A stretch of 64,000 nucleotides of DNA from Botryllus schlosseri (lineage: Eukaryota), in NCBI GenBank assembly GCA_051294905.1, contig CM119373.1, positions 37,572,001 through 37,636,000 on the forward strand. Reading direction: 5' to 3'. A program made the position numbers and the translations under genes. Positions 16,400 to 31,300 of this stretch are shown here, one piece after another (positions within the stretch are counted from its first letter, which is position 1; every line of letters begins with the position of its first letter). The notes beneath the pieces are model-generated. The model did not search any database and was not told where the DNA came from. It was given only the letters and a program-made list of their open reading frames with translations.

Positions 16400-19300
16400 A
16401 TAGTTTGAAGTGTTCTAGTTTATTTCATGTCCAAGCCTATTGCAATGGCTGCAAAGCTGATCGAATAAATGTTCTCAGGAATTTGAAATACGTGATACGC
16501 TACATTACGTATTTCTTTAAATGTCTGTTGAATACATCAGGGTTATCAGTATTGGCCTTCAGTGAAACAATATCACACAACGCTAATCTGCAACAGATAG
16601 AATATTGATCATTTCTTATAAGGTACTGGTGTCCAGACGTAGTCTTTCTAGTTTATTTCACGCTCAAGCATTACAACGGCTGTAAAGCCATCTAAATAAC
16701 TCTTCTGACGGCGCATCAAGCTAAATTTCATGTTTTGGGGAATGTAGGTTATATATATATTTGCTGATTTTTCACTTAAAGTGCTAGTTATGTACGTAAC
16801 CGCCTCAAAAACGTGACGTGACACCGGTCAGGCCCTAGTCAAGCTCCGCGTAAAATATCGAATGTCGGGTATTGAAGACAGATATAAAAAGTCCGAAACG
16901 GTCTGAAATCACGCGCTGCAAGCATCGCTGGTCACAAAATGCGTACCGCGCCCGGAAAACGCAGACTTACCGGTCCGCGAAAACCAGAAAACAAATAGGC
17001 TCGACCGATTGTCCTCGGCTTTTACAAAATCGGGTAGAAAAAAACAGGCGGGCCACGCATTAAAAATAACCAAAACGTCGCAAACACAGTGATGATTCAG
17101 CCGGTGGGTGCGTGGGGTCGTCATGCATCATGTTGTTGCATAACCCGGGTGGGTGAGACTGGCAGACAATTACCAAAGAATTCCAACTTCTATATACATT
17201 CGGAAAACGACAAAAATCATCCTTTTTAACTCATACGTAATGCAGCAAAGCCCGTGATGTCAAGTATGGGCAGAAGAACGCATATTTTCACCCGAGAGAT
17301 GGTAAGCGGGCGGAAAAAGGGGGGCGAAATTCGCAGCAGCCCCCCGATTTCAAATCGGCAGCAGCAGCTGAGAATTGTTATAACATCACAGCAGGTTATC
17401 ATCATCGAGCAGAGATTTTCGGGAAAAGCGCAAGGTCGTAGAAATCAAACACAGATTTTCATGTCGAAACAAAAATCGCGTCATATCCACGATGTCTCGG
17501 GGCCGGCCGTTGTTACAAAAAACGGTCTATTGTCGGGTAATATTTGCAGCTTTATGCCAAAAAAACATGGCAACAAAATAGTTTAGGGTTTTCACAACAG
17601 AAACAGTCGATATACGATCATTTTTCACAAAATCCAGGTCGACATTTTCAAACTTTTCCACATTTCTCCCGATTACGAAAAGACCCCAAAATATCTTCCT
17701 GGGGGAGTGGGGGCCTTTTTTGGAAGGCACCATCAATTTGTCATTGCTACGTCGCAAATTATTTTGCGGGAGACAAAAGTCATTGTTTCAACCAACAATG
17801 GTGGGTTCAGGGGTGCTTCTTTTTAGACATGGTCGTGGTCTTGTCATTGTTACGTGAAAAGTTTGCTTGTCTGAGACACAAAAGCGATTGTTTTTTTGAC
17901 AATAGCGTCATTTACAGGTTCAAGTGGGCAACTTTCATTGTATGGAGATTGTTACCTTTTTTCAAGGTGTGATCCTTGTCTGCTGCAGAAATTTTTTTTG
18001 TTCAAACACAGCATTTGTATTAACGTGGGGCAAAGGTGGGTGCCCCGACTACATCTCGTTAAGAGGTATCGTGACAGTTTCCCCTTTCCTGGGCCTGGTC
18101 TCGGCCAACGTCAGTTTCTTGATCTCGACCTCGTCAGACTTTGATTTGTTGGCAGCAGGCGATGTTGGAGAGGGGGGCCGGGGAGGTTCCGGTTGAGCGG
18201 GCAAATTCAAACTCTCGTCGGCCATCGGCTGTTGCTCGGAGACCTCGAACTTTCCGAAAGCCTTGTTCGATTGGCTGCTCCTGTGGGCGGCATTCTTGCT
18301 CGCTTTGGATCGACGGCCGGGTCTCGGCCGGTTCACCTCGTCCTCGGTCTGGGTGAATATCAGTAATATGTAAAGGGAATAAAGTTTTACTAAAAAAAAA
18401 TTTAGTTGCTCGACTCTGTTTCGTTCCTTAGTGCGCAGGTTTGACGGGGCAGCCAGTAGGGTAACCATGATAGTTATTGCCAGCCATTATAGCGGACGCG
18501 CTAAATCAAATAAGCGACGATAGCGATATCAGATGTCAATATGACCTATTTCGCATACAAATGATTCCCGCTAATTGGCAGTACGCGGCATCGATGATAC
18601 GAATTAGTGAATTGGCATTTCCACAGGACGGGATTTCTAGTTTTAAATGTGAGTCTCCCTGGCTACACACCTAGGGTTTTAATACCGACAACGAGCTGCT
18701 AAATATCAACCTGGGGCCTACGATCCTCGATATGGTTGCGCCCGATAGAGTCAGTCCAGCAATGAAGTCTATACAATATACATAGAACATAGGCACACAC
18801 AAACACTGTCCTATTTTCGCTCCAATTAAAGAGACAATCACGAAACTAACTCGTGAATTATTTTAAATCCTTGAATATTTAGTTGTATTAAGTTAATTGG
18901 CCTTCATTAGATACTAATTAGTGCTAATTACAGGTTGAAAGCTGCATGAGTAACTCGGCGCCTATGACTCTGGACATGATTAACCCAAAACAAATACGGA
19001 AATTATCCATACAGCAAGAAAAACACAATACTTGATCACCCTGCACTCTGGCATTTCCAGGATATGAAGCAAAATTATGACTCAGACCCACCATTTTCCT
19101 CGGGTCTCGTGCTTCTTTTGGCTTCCCGTCTTGAAAGAAATATTGCACAGACGACAAAAGGCTGAGTCGACCCTCGGACTGGGACTCCTAAAACAAAACA
19201 CATGCAGATTCATCCTCGACCCCGAATTATTACCCCGTTTTCACCCACCTTCACTTTCTCCATGGGTATAAACTGGCTTTTCTTGGGAGCCTCCCCTGTC

Positions 19301-19888
19301 TTGTGTGCACCACGAACCAGTGATGAGACCGGGGGTACTTTCTGGGGGCCGACACGCCGACAGTGGGTGAACTGACTTTGAGTTGTTGAGCCCCGGGTTG
19401 GAATTCTGCCCCGAAAGATGGTTGGGGTGCTGGAATAGAAACGGGGTCATTTTAGGGTTCTCAGAGTCTAGACTCAAATAGATATTTCTTTAAATACGGA
19501 AAATGACTCAAAACATCTCCTTACATACAGAAAGGGGTCAGACTCACCCTGGTTCGGCTGCTGCATCCGTTGGGGTCGAAACGGGGGCCTGTTCGGGCCA
19601 TCTGCTGTTGCTGAGTCATCGGCTGGTAAGACTAGGGCACGAAGTGTTGTTGGGGCATCTGCATACTGGGATTCTGCTTGCCCATCATGTCCAGCGGAGG
19701 CCTGACTAGCCCCATCTGTTGTTGCGGGGCCATCTTGTTGCTGCCCCACTGCATCATGTTTCTCGGCCCCATGTTGGGGTTGAAGGACATCTGATTGTCG
19801 GAGGTTCTCGATGGGAGGAACCCGCTCGATTGCGGGCCTCGTAACGTTTGGTTCATATCGCCTGGAATAGCAGTAAAGACGGAATTAA
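16400..19888. repeat. Segmental duplication copy 1 (paralogous to 28385-32946)
   Basis: Near-colinear high similarity over ~3.5 kb, e.g. matching ORF-track entries 16872/28900, 17254/28900, 18049/30078. Confidence 0.95.
18049..19861 (-). pseudogene. Gln/Pro-rich gene copy C (last four exons only)
   Basis: Same exons as 30078-32919; premature TAG at 19632 (CAG in copy A) and 1-nt deletion in G-run near 19345; homology ends at ~19888. Confidence 0.75.
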
Positions 19889-21884
19889 CCCGATCGAAAC
19901 GGCACACTCATTAATGATACATGAGCGTATTTTCACGAACACGCTTTACTTAATCCAAAATTTCCTGGGTTGTTCTGGTCGTAGACAATTACAACTATTA
20001 CCGATAGATAGCTATTATCAATACGCATACGTCGAGCCATAAATAACATCTTATACTATACTTATATACTATACTTATACTATCGAATAGCCTGTTCAAA
20101 ATGCAGATTGAATACATAAAAACGTTTTGCGCAAAACACAATTCGCCACGACGTTCGCGTGAATGTGCGCGCGTGAGATAAACCAGCGCCCGTGACCTAA
20201 ATCAGCGCATCTCCGAGACATCAAATTCATTTGCAGATCTTTTCTCCTAACATGTGTTGGTTATGCCCATAGCCCATCTATTGGAATACTTATAATCAAA
20301 AATTAGTCGCACAGAAGATTCTTCGAACTGGAAGTAAAAATATGTTACGAAATAACATGCGCGGGTTTTAGCAATGTATTTTCTGTTGCTGTTGAAGATT
20401 ACGCATATTGAATATTTTTGCTAGTTATACTAATACACCAATACTGCCATGATGTTCTTCTGCGAGCTACAAGATCTCCGCTATTGATATGACAGCAAAT
20501 TTATGTCCGTAAATGGCTTCACTTCTGGTGGAAATGTTTCACGTCTTTCCCGTAGTAACGAGTAAAAAGAAATGCAAAGCTCCGGTCGCGATTCTGGTAT
20601 TGAAAGGTATTTTCGTGTCTACTCGAGATTTCCGTTCACAACGCGCAGGTCATTTATGAAAATTTGACGACCAGCAAAGCCAGGCATCAAATCCCGGTTC
20701 CATCTAATCAATGCACTTTCTTGATTCAAGGTATTTTATTCGTCCATGATTCACGAGAGAGGCAAGAGAATTCGGCGTAACTCTGTCAAAGCAGTTGACC
20801 TATTATCATTGCAGTGTGGGCAACGAATATAATTGCAATAACTTCAGTTGCCAATGCTATAATGGTTTCTTACGTTTTCCCATGTGTTGGTGGTAGATGT
20901 ACTGGCTTGTTATTATTTCGATTTGCTGTTGTATTACACGTGTGATGCATTATTTCATATATTGTGTCACGCGACTCGACATGTCATTGCTACATATGCC
21001 GATATGCATAGCCTACCTGATATACTATACGACAGTCTCACTATTGCGCTGTTCGGCTTAGAGAGGCAATAAATGTCCGTGTTCCGTTTGTTAGTGTTAG
21101 ATGTGGTTTGTTGTTATCTGTCATTTCAACCACTAAATATTCAGTTCTAGTTGTTGTACAGCAGCGAGGTTCGTTTCAGCACATACTACTATCTCGTACA
21201 AAGGATGGATAGGCGATTACATGGCGTTATGAAATGAATCATTTGAACGTCCGCGATACTGTGTTATCTTCATTCTAGACATGTTTTCTTGTTGTGTTGT
21301 GGCAGTAACTATCTAGCAAAGAGGGATATTTATGGTATTTACGTTAATAATAAGATATAGAAATTGATGTTATATCAGCATTACACTCATAGGTGGTCAA
21401 AGTAATCGAGAATGCTACTCAAGTAGAAGTAGTACTGTTAAAAGCAACCTACACATATTTCAGGTCGAATTAAATTTGGCTGACTTGAAATCTAGCCAAG
21501 TATGTAAGTAGTTGTGAAAACAGTCATGTACGTTCGCATGTACTGTAAAATTTAGCAAATTTAGCTCTGTGGAATGTGCAGAGAGCTCGATTAATAGTAA
21601 TGCATTCCAGAAGGTATAAATCTTCGACAGCATCAGCATTCGACCGCATCATGGGATGCAAATGATTATTTTGCTACGGAAAAGCAAAACTAATCTTTTT
21701 TTACTCGAATACCATGTTTGAGAAAAAGTCATAGCACGACGCTCTTTCCCGGTATGATAAATACCATATACTGTTGTTAATTTCCGTAAAAGAGAGTCAA
21801 TACATGCACCTGATTTTAAAATTGGCTTTGCTTAACGTCTATGAAAATAAATTCTTTTTGGCTGGCACTGCGTGAAAGCAGCCC

Positions 21885-22021
21885 NNNNNNNNNNNNNNNN
21901 NNNNNNNNNNNNNNNNNNNNNNNNNNNNNNNNNNNNNNNNNNNNNNNNNNNNNNNNNNNNNNNNNNNNNNNNNNNNNNNNNNNNNNNNNNNNNNNNNNNN
22001 NNNNNNNNNNNNNNNNNNNNN
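21885..22021. other. Assembly gap (137 N)
   Basis: Run of n. Confidence 1.
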
Positions 22022-24179
22022 AATATTAGGAAGAAGTAGCGGGAAATTAGATTTACTTGAAAAAGTACCGCAAGTAGTGAAAAACTACTTTGAAAAAGTG
22101 GAATTACTTCATTACCGGCCAACTCCAATTACACCATATTGTATACCAAAGGTGGTCAAAGTAGTGAAGAAAGCTACGTAGGTAGAAGCAGCGACGGAAA
22201 ATTCCACTCAAGTACGAACAGAAGTGGAACTATACGTACTATCTGCTTAATGTATTGCAAAAAGATTTATTCGCCTTAACATCGATGTTATGTGGCTGCT
22301 TTGGTCGTTTCGAAGTCCACTCTTTTCGATACCATAGCAAATAAGTGACACGCGCGCAAGGTTGTTACGACGATGTGTTGGTGGACTACTCTACGTTCCT
22401 CTACGTTCTGAATCATCTTCGATTTCAAAATCTTCATCATTAGGCCTACTATCCCTAAGACTTTCATCTTGATCCAAATTATGGAGCTTATAGGAGTTTC
22501 AAGTTGCACTGGATAAGCTGAATGTGGCTTTGTACTTAAGCTGATACTAAATTCCGAACATTTTTCTTGTCTTATCGTGCAGTTTCCATCAAATATGTGT
22601 ATGAAATATCCTCTAACCAAAAATGAGTGAAAGCATCGGCCTAGATCGATACCATGCAGTACCATTTTTAATAATTCAATTGGCCCCTTGGTTAAATAAC
22701 TTATTATTTGATAAAACTGTGGATTTCTATATGGTATGCAAAAGTCATATGGCTAAATTCGTAAAAATGTACATATTTTGGGCATATGCCGTAGAGCAAA
22801 AACTTCAAGTGATAGAAGAAACCATCGGCATTTTTGGAATCAACACGCCAAAATTAGCCTAAACCAAGTGCCAAAGCAAAGTCAAGAAATTTTTCATTCA
22901 AAATTGTTGCCCAGTGTTATTGGACTAATTTCGGTATCAGTTATGCATATTTGTTTAGCTACATATATTTTCAAAATCAAGAAATACCGTTATACTAAAT
23001 GGCGCGAAGTACGGGTAAAATTTTAAGACAAATAAAATCTGATCAAAAGACCCTACTCTATGTTGATTTACAAAATATTATTGGTGACCATCGAGATTTT
23101 TCCATAGAAAACTTTTGTTTCACTTTTTGCACCAAACTTAAGTGCACGTAAAATTATTTAGTGTGTCATGGAAAATCATCTCGCGTGTCAACCGTGTGGT
23201 AGAGCGTCCCGATGAGAACAGTCATGGAAATTCTCAGTCTCTCTCATTGGAAGAACCTGATACTGATACTGATACTTGAGAAACGGTAAGTAGCGTTATT
23301 AAGGTGGTAATTCACTGAACGGGACGAAGTAGAAGTAGCGGAAAATTAGATTCACATGAGTAAGTGCTGCAATTAGAGGAAAACTGCTTCAGTACTTTGT
23401 AAAAGGAAAAGTACTTAATTATTAGTGACCAACTCTATACCTAAGTATTCAATGAAAGCCAACTCTCACGTTTGTGACTTCCTTTAGGTCTGGAAGCAAT
23501 GCATCAATTAACAAAGGCAGGGAATGTGGAGTTGAAAATCACCATGATCAAGAAAGATGGAATTTATTGGTGAACACCTATTCTTGTCTTCTTATGTACT
23601 TTGTGTTGTAGTTGGTCTTTGTTGTTATGAAGTTTGTGAGAAGCTAAGTCATACAAATATTGGAATTAATTATTTGTCACTTTTTAAATATTGGAATTGT
23701 ATGATTATAAATTGTTTTCACTTTTGACTTCTTATGATTTTTCCATGTAATTGAACTCTACCGGGGCCTACGATATCGTAGGCCCCGACTCTACCTTTTC
23801 CTAATTTGGCGCCTTCCGTGTTCTGGTATTTGCGACGCATGAATGAATCCGCGATGAAGTTCTCAACCTTTGACCCCATTTTCCAATTCACAATAATCCT
23901 CAATTTTATATCCACGTAGGATTTATGACTTAGATATAATTTTGAGTTGGGTTATGTATTCGCTTCGCTTTGAAAATCACTGATCAAAATTAAATAAAAT
24001 CCAATTTTATCTCTGCAGTGGAAACGCGCTTTCCTGGCAGTGGCGCAGGCAGGTAGAAATATCGTATGTACGATCACGCCCCTTCCAGGATCGAGTCCCC
24101 CTCTTTTTTGAATCAAAATTTCTAGCCCTAATATTTCTAAGCATACGGACCCATGAGGTCACCTAGTCTGTATGAAAAT

Positions 24180-24440
24180 CAGTAATTCAGTTTAATTTAG
24201 AATAAGGTTGGATACTACTTAGTGCTAATTACTGGTTGAAAGCTGCATGAGTAACGTAACCCGGCGTCTATGACTCTGGACATGATTGATCCAAAAAAAA
24301 TACGGTGATTATCATGACGAGGATTTCGGATTGCTGAATTCTAATCTTTGCTCCATAAACACAAAACTTGACCCCCCTGCACTGTGACATTTCCAGGATA
24401 TGAAACAAAATTATGACTCAAACCCACCATTTTCCTGGGC
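24180..24440 (-). repeat. Additional fragment of the Gln/Pro-rich gene intron plus exon end (..PRKM|GTGGGT)
   Basis: tagtgctaattactggttgaaagctgcat...aaacccaccattttcctggg matches 18915-19100 and 31050-31275. Confidence 0.75.
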
Positions 24441-24458
24441 CCCCGTTTTTTTTCTCCT

Positions 24459-24594
24459 CCATGCTATCCGTTATTGCTGAGCGCCTAGCAGGATAGCTGC
24501 GGATACCATTTTTCGAGTCTTTGGTATGACCCGGCTGGAGTTCGAACCCACGACCTACCGCTCAAGAAGCCGGACGCATAACCATTACACTATC
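24459..24594 (-). mobile_element. tRNA-derived SINE fragment
   Basis: Box A TAGTGTAATGG, box B GGTTCGAACTCC, followed by GGTCATACCAAAGACT..AAAATGGTA..GCTAGGCGCTCAGCA body that resembles the recalled Meta-SINE core. Confidence 0.75.
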
Positions 24595-24610
24595 TCGCGA
24601 ACGCATCACA

Positions 24611-24743
24611 TCGGTATAACAAGTGCAGTTGCGGCTACAACAACCTGAGCGGAAACTTCCACAAAACAGACAACAAGGGATTCTGGTGGACGGGATACGA
24701 CGACCTTCGATTCTCGGAGTTGAAGATGCGGAGAAGGCCGTGA
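24611..24743 (+). pseudogene. 5'-truncated FReD terminal-exon remnant (paralog of 949-1255)
   Basis: C..NNLSGNFHKTDNKGFWWTGYDDLRFSELKMRRRP* vs CHDSNLNGNFHKISTKGIWWEHYNLRFSEMRFRRRAGN*; 3' flank gtgacgtcac.ccg.cgt also shared. Confidence 0.85.
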
Positions 24744-25139
24744 GACGGACTTTGTCGATGACGCCTCACGACGGAGAGGACATTTTCTCCCATGAGAACG
24801 TGACGTCACACCGTCGTCTAGCGGGTTTGATTGAGCTTCATAGCGCCCCCTCGCGGTCTCAAAAAAAGGTCATTTTCGAGAACACGTTAAGTGATCTGGC
24901 TTCGATGTTTTTTTACATGAGCATTCTTGCTTGCCTGTAGTGATTTGCCTGCGGAAAACAAATCGTTGTTATGTGGGAGGATGTGTCTGGCGCTCCACAC
25001 ATCTTTATATCATTCAATCGGAATACACCGAATGTAATGATTGGATATTATCTACGTTTGCGAGAATCTGTTTTAGTTTAGAGAAAAAATTGAATTTGCT
25101 ATTGGGAAATAAATAAGTCGTGCGCTCCATCGATTGATT

Positions 25140-26280
25140 ATTTTCTTTGCTGGCGCTGATCACGACTGTCGGCTTAATATTTGTTGCATCGTTTGAAGAA
25201 ACTTTTCTGCGGCATGTCCAGTTTCTGCGCGTGCGCTCGATATGTCCTTGGCAATGATCATGAATGCTCGCGACTGAACTATGGGGTATTCCGTGACAAG
25301 CAGTTTGCGTGCGACAACACCTGATAAGAGGTCGTGTCTTTCGTCCCTTCTCGGTATGACATTCTCGATATTAGTAACCAAAAAACGTATTGCAGGACAG
25401 TCGGTTTGAATGAAGGTTCCTGTCGATGGGTCATTTTTGAACTCGCAAATAATAGCAGATGTCGATTGTTGATTAACAAACCCAACAGCTTTACCTATTC
25501 AGCTTAAGCAGTCTGTTCTCCTCAATCGTTCCTATTTTTGTTGCTCGTCATATCCTGTGATACGATTGTCGATGTGCAAGGTCTCCTACATCCTCAACTG
25601 TTACTCGGGTTTCTTTCGGTGTGATGAATTATTCAACTGTAAATATTTTGTATATTGTTTATTGTGTTATTGAAGCAATAAAACGTCAAGAAGATCGTAT
25701 GTTTCAATGAATTCGGAGTGGTTGCATTGCCAGACCACACTTAAATTCGTGGTGCCACATTAGCTTTTGATTCAGACCAGTCTCATTAAGTTTGATGGCT
25801 CGGCTTCAATGTACCTTCTTATTTTTCTCGAGTTATCGTGAACATACCAACTCATTTGAACTACAGTGCGTGACACCAGAATTCATTCCTTGTATGATTA
25901 AAATTCAATTACAGCATTTTCATTTCGTTTTACTACACGATAATCACATCATGACTGTAACATGATGGGGTCTCACCTTGAAGTTAAGCCATTGTAGCCG
26001 TTTTCTTCCGAAACCGTATTTCGAACAGCAGCCAAAAAATTTACAAAATATGTACCATAACAAACGTAGCCTATCATAAAATAAAGCGGGATTCGTTTCG
26101 TCAATTTGTATGTTGACAGCCGCACAAATTTCGTCTACGCCCGCAGGTTGGCCGACGCTGTTGTACACCTACTACGTTAAAACACTGATATGACGTCGAG
26201 TCATCTTTTTCGTTTGACTTGACATTGCCTCGAGTCACTTTGCGAAAATGAATATACTTGACTTGGCGCTTCAGAAATTT
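25140..26280 (-). mobile_element. Possible highly decayed hAT transposase relic
   Basis: Fragmentary GHAAEKFLQTMQQIL (HTxENI-like) and LINN..IICE-like segments among stops; weak. Confidence 0.25.
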
Positions 26281-28384
26281 CAATTGACTCGTGACTCGGA
26301 ATAAAATTTACGAGTCAATTTCAAGTCATCAAGTAGGCTAAGCTGTGTCGATTAAATCACCCTATCTCAGGGGTCACCAACACGCGGCCTGCGAGGTCTT
26401 ATTTTGCGGCCCGTAATTATTATTATCAGTCTACAATTGCTCATTCAGCACAAGAACAAACCCCATACCTTGGTGCCGCTCATTTCTATCACTGGCAGAG
26501 TGAAGATCCCAGCCCGAGACGGGTTTTAACTCTAAAAAGCGAACCGATGACAGAAGCGAATATGATAACTTGTGCGAATTGTCTCAGCCAATTCATGAAT
26601 GATTGCATATTCTGTGTAGACCTGGGATATAGCCAACACTCCCTGGTGTTGCCAAGGATCTAACTGTCTCTGGGGGTACAATATTTGAATTGAAAAAGGG
26701 TGTGACGTCATAACGCACTTTTGCATAGACATTTTTGCTTGCCTATAGTGATTTGACTTACATGTTCTGAATTTAATAAAACGCCCCTGTGTAGCTTTTC
26801 TTCGGTCCTTTGACTGTGGAAAAGCTGAAAAACCACTCATCGTTATATGTGAGGATGTGTCTGACGCTCCCCCGATTTTTATATCACTCGATCGGATTAA
26901 ATCGAATGTAATGGAGTGGATATTATCTATATTTGCCAGATCTGTTTTAGTATAGAGCCGAAAAAAATTGAATTTGCCATGGGGAAATAAATAAGTATCA
27001 ATATTGTTTGATGGGGAAAATATTGCAGAAAAACCTCGTGAATTTGTCTTTTAAGTTTTCTCGTAACTTTATTGCTGATAATAAATGCATCCCCCTCATA
27101 ATTTATGCAATAGATTTGCTCTAAATTTCAAAACGACCGTATCTTTCGTCGATCTTGAGTTTTTTAGTTGGCAAATCTAGTGTTTCTATTCGCGAACCTC
27201 GAGTGGCAACACTGTTGTTTACCTCAGGATTATCGGATGAGAACGGGATTGCGAATGTGTTTTGCTGCATGAGATCGACCCTGAAAAATTTGTTCTGTGA
27301 TTGGGCACTGGCCTAGTAAATAATTCGTTCAAGTAAACATACTTTTTATTGGTATCTAAATGAAACATCATGGTCATGGTCTCTCCAAACTACCTAGCGG
27401 TCACCCGATCCGAACCTTAAAAAAACCTGAACACCACTCTACCAGTCTAGTGCAAAATTCAATCCGTTTTATTGCTGTCAATATTTGAAAGAAGCTATGC
27501 CACCCAATCTCCGAATTTGGTAGCAATGTTTCCACTACCCGATCTTAAAGTACAGCCTAATTATATTTATAATATAAATTTAATTATATTTAGAGTTGCT
27601 CCATGGTACTGTGTTGTTTTTCATTTCGTCCCTATCAACTGAGATAATTGCTCCTGTCCTGGGCGGCTTGACTCGAGCCTCCCGTCCACATTACACTGCG
27701 AGTGATTTTGGTTGCGCCATGTTGATTTGCAACATGGACAAATGAAGAGTTTCTATTGATCTCTCTAACGACATCCCTACCACCCATTGACCCAAAACAA
27801 AACACATCGACCATTTTATCTTTCCACGTTTTCACAAACGGCGACTATCGGGAGTCGAACTCAAAAGCGTCACACTTCGACAGTAGAAGCAAAAACTCTT
27901 TGAGAGAAGACGAAAAAGCGGCAAAAAACAGCGCATTCCATTAAAGAACCAATGCAACTATCAGGCAGCGACAGTTCAGGACGCTGACAAACAGAGCTGT
28001 CACAAAGGCCATTACCGAATACGTTCAGAGTGTAATTAAATCGTGAATTACGAATTCAAGCAGCAAACCAACTATTTGTGTCGGACACTCAGAAACTGAA
28101 TGCAAGTCCAAGATGTCAGCAGAAAAACATTGGTCAACCAAAACGGTCCGCTCCCAGATAGAAACGATGTAACGACGCCGGTACGAAGCAAGAAAAATGA
28201 ATGAGTAATCCACACAAACACAAAACTATTCAGGATAAGAGCTCAACTATGTACAAGCCAGTCCGCGAATACAATCGACCGCACTACGCAGTCAAGATGA
28301 GGGCCCGGCCGGTAATTTCAAGTCGATCTCGCACTTTGTCACGAGCCACCATTAGAATTACCGAAATATCTTGAATATTTCTCA

Positions 28385-31300
28385 CAGTTCAATGTGTCCT
28401 AGTTTATTACCATGTCCAGGCCTAGCAATGGCTGTAAAGCTGATCAAATAAATGTTCTAAGGATTTTGAAATACGCGATACGTTACATTCCGTATTTCCC
28501 TAAATATCTGTTGAATACATCAGGGTTATCAGTATTGGCCTTCAGTGAAACAATATCAGACAACGATAATCTGCAACTGATAGAATATTGATCATTTCTT
28601 ATAAGGTACAGGTGTCCAGATGTAGTCTTTCTAGTATATTTCACGCATAAGCATTACAACGGCTGTAAAGCCATCTAAACTCTTCCGAAGGCGCATCAAG
28701 CTAAATTTCATGTTTTTGGGAATGTAGGTTAAGGGGGGAGGACCCCCTGAACTCATCAAATTTTTCAATATTCAATTTCAAAATATATTTGCCGATTTAC
28801 CGTTCAAAGTGCTAGTTATCCATGTTACCGCCTCAAAAACATGACGTGACACCGGTCGGGCCCTAGTCAAGCTCCGCGTAAAATATCGAACGCCGGGTAT
28901 TGAAGACAGATATAAAAAGTCCGAAACGGTCTGAAATCACGCGCCGCAAGCATCGCTGGTCACAAAATGCGTACCGCGCCCGGAAAACGCAGACTTTCCG
29001 GTCCGCGAAAACCAGAAAACAAATAGGTTCGACCGATTGTCCTCGGCTTTTACAAAATCGGGTAGAAAAAACAGGCGGGCCTCGCATTAAAAATAACCAA
29101 AACGTCGCAAACACAGTGATGATTCAGCCGGTGGGTGCGTGGGGTCGTCATGCATCATGTTGTTGCATAACCCGGGTGGGTGAGACTGGCAGACAATTAC
29201 CAAAGAATTCCAACTTCTATTTACATTCGGAAAACGACAAAAATCATTCTTTTCAACTCATACGTAATGCAGCAAAGCCCGTGATGTCAAGTATGGGCAG
29301 AAGAACGCATATTTTCACCGGAGAGATGGTAAGCGGGCGGAAAAAGGGGGGCGAAATTCGCAGCAGCCCCCCGATTTCAAATTGGCAGCAGCAGCTGAGA
29401 ATTGTTATAACATCACAGCAGGTTATCATCATCGAGCAGAGATTTTCGGGAAAAGCGCAAGGTCGTAGAAATCAAACACAGATTTTCATGTCGAAACAAA
29501 AATCGCGTCATATCCACGATGTCTCGGGGCCGGCCGTTGTTACAAAAAACGGTCTATTGTCGGGTAATATTTGCAGCTTTATGCCAAAAAAACATGGCAA
29601 CAAAATATTTTAGGGTTTTCACAACAGAAACAGTCGATATACGATCATTTTTCACAAAATCCAGGTCGACATTTTCAAACTTTTCAACATTTCTCCCGAT
29701 TACGAAAAGACCCCAAAATATCTTCCTGGGGGAGTGGGGGCCTTTTTTGGAAGGCACAATCATTATGTCATTGCTACGTCGCAAATTATTTTGCGGGAGA
29801 CAAAAGTCATTGTTTCAACACGACAATGGTGGGTTCAGGGGTGCCTCTTTTTAGACGAGGTCGTGGTCTTGTCATTGTTACGTGAAAAGTTTGCTTGTCT
29901 GAGACACAAAAGCGATTGTTTTTTGACAATAGCGTCATTTACTGGGTCAAGTGGGGCACCTTTCACTGTATGGAGATTGTTACCTTTTTTCAAGGTGTGA
30001 TCATAGTCTGGCCACATGGAGTTTTGTTGTTCAAACACAGCATTTGTATTAACGTGGGGCAAAGGTGGGTGCCCCGACTACGTCTCGTTAAGAGGTATCG
30101 TGACAGTTTCTCCTTTCCTGGGCCTGGTCTCGGCCAACGTCAGTTTCTTGATCTCGACCTCGTCAGACTTTGATTTGTTGGCAGCAGGCGATGTTGGAGA
30201 GGGGGGCTGGGGAGGTTCCGGTTGAGCGGGCAAATTCAAACTATTGTCGGCCATCGGCTGTTGCTCGAAGACCTCGAACTTTCCGAAAGCATTGTTCGAT
30301 TGGCTGCTCCTGTGAGCGGCATTCTTGCTCGCTTTGGATCGACGGCCGGGTCTCGGCCGGTTCACCTCGTCCTCGGTCTGGGTGAATATCAGTAATATGT
30401 AAAGGGAATAAAGTTTTACTAAAAAAATTTTAGTTGCTCGACTCTGTTTCGTTCCTTAGTGCGTAGGTTTGATGGGGCAGCCAGTGGGGTCACCATGATA
30501 ATTATTGCCAGCCATTATGTACTCATGGTATGCATATGCGCAGATCGCGTGTATGTGTATCATGAGTCGGTGTATATGCCGCAAAAACATCAAGGACAAA
30601 AATAAACTACGTCCTTCCTTTCCTTTCATTATAGCGGACGCGCTAAATCAAATAAGCGACGATAGCGATATCAGATGTCAATATGACCCATTTTGCGTAC
30701 AAATGATTCCCGCTAATTGGCAGTACGCGGCATCGATAATACGAATTAGTGAACTGGCATTTCCAAAGGACGGGATTTCTAGTTTTAAACGTGAATCTTC
30801 CTGGCTACACACCTAGGGTTTTAATACGGACAACGAGCTGGTTAATATCAGCCCGGGGCCTACGGTCCTCGATATGGTTGCGCCCGATAGATTCCGTCCA
30901 GCAATGAAGTCTATACATAGAACATAGGCACACACTAACACTGTCCTATTTTCGCTCCAATTAAATAGACTAGCACAAAACCAACTCGAGAATTATTATA
31001 AATCCTCGAGTATTTGGTTGTATCAAGTTAATTGGCCTGAATTGGATACTAATTAGTGCTAATTACTGGTTGAAAGCTGCATAAGTAACTCGGCGCCTCT
31101 GACTCTGGACATGATTAACACAAAGCAAATACGGTAATTATCCATGAGGATTTCGGATTGGTGAATTCTACTCTTTGCTCCATAAACCAAGAAAAACACA
31201 AAACTTTACCACCCTGCACTCTGGCATTTCCAGGATATGCAGCAAAATTACGACTCAAACCCACCATTTTCCTGGGGTCTCGCGCGTCTTTCGGCTTCCC

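Noticed and set aside
16872-17972. Cluster of 60-240 aa ORFs here and at 28863-30062
   Set aside because: No motifs, frames not conserved between the two duplicated copies; A/T-run-rich repeat sequence, possibly a TTAA-flanked MITE whose ends I could not define
20280-20880. Possible hAT dimerisation-domain relic on minus strand
   Set aside because: Too degenerate to support by eye
22270-22665. 125-aa ORF and overlapping transposase-like fragment (DEDFEIEDD...RNNLARVSL)
   Set aside because: Interrupted by stops; family cannot be assigned without a search
24525-24594. tRNA gene
   Set aside because: Has A and B boxes but runs into a SINE body and lacks a clean acceptor stem
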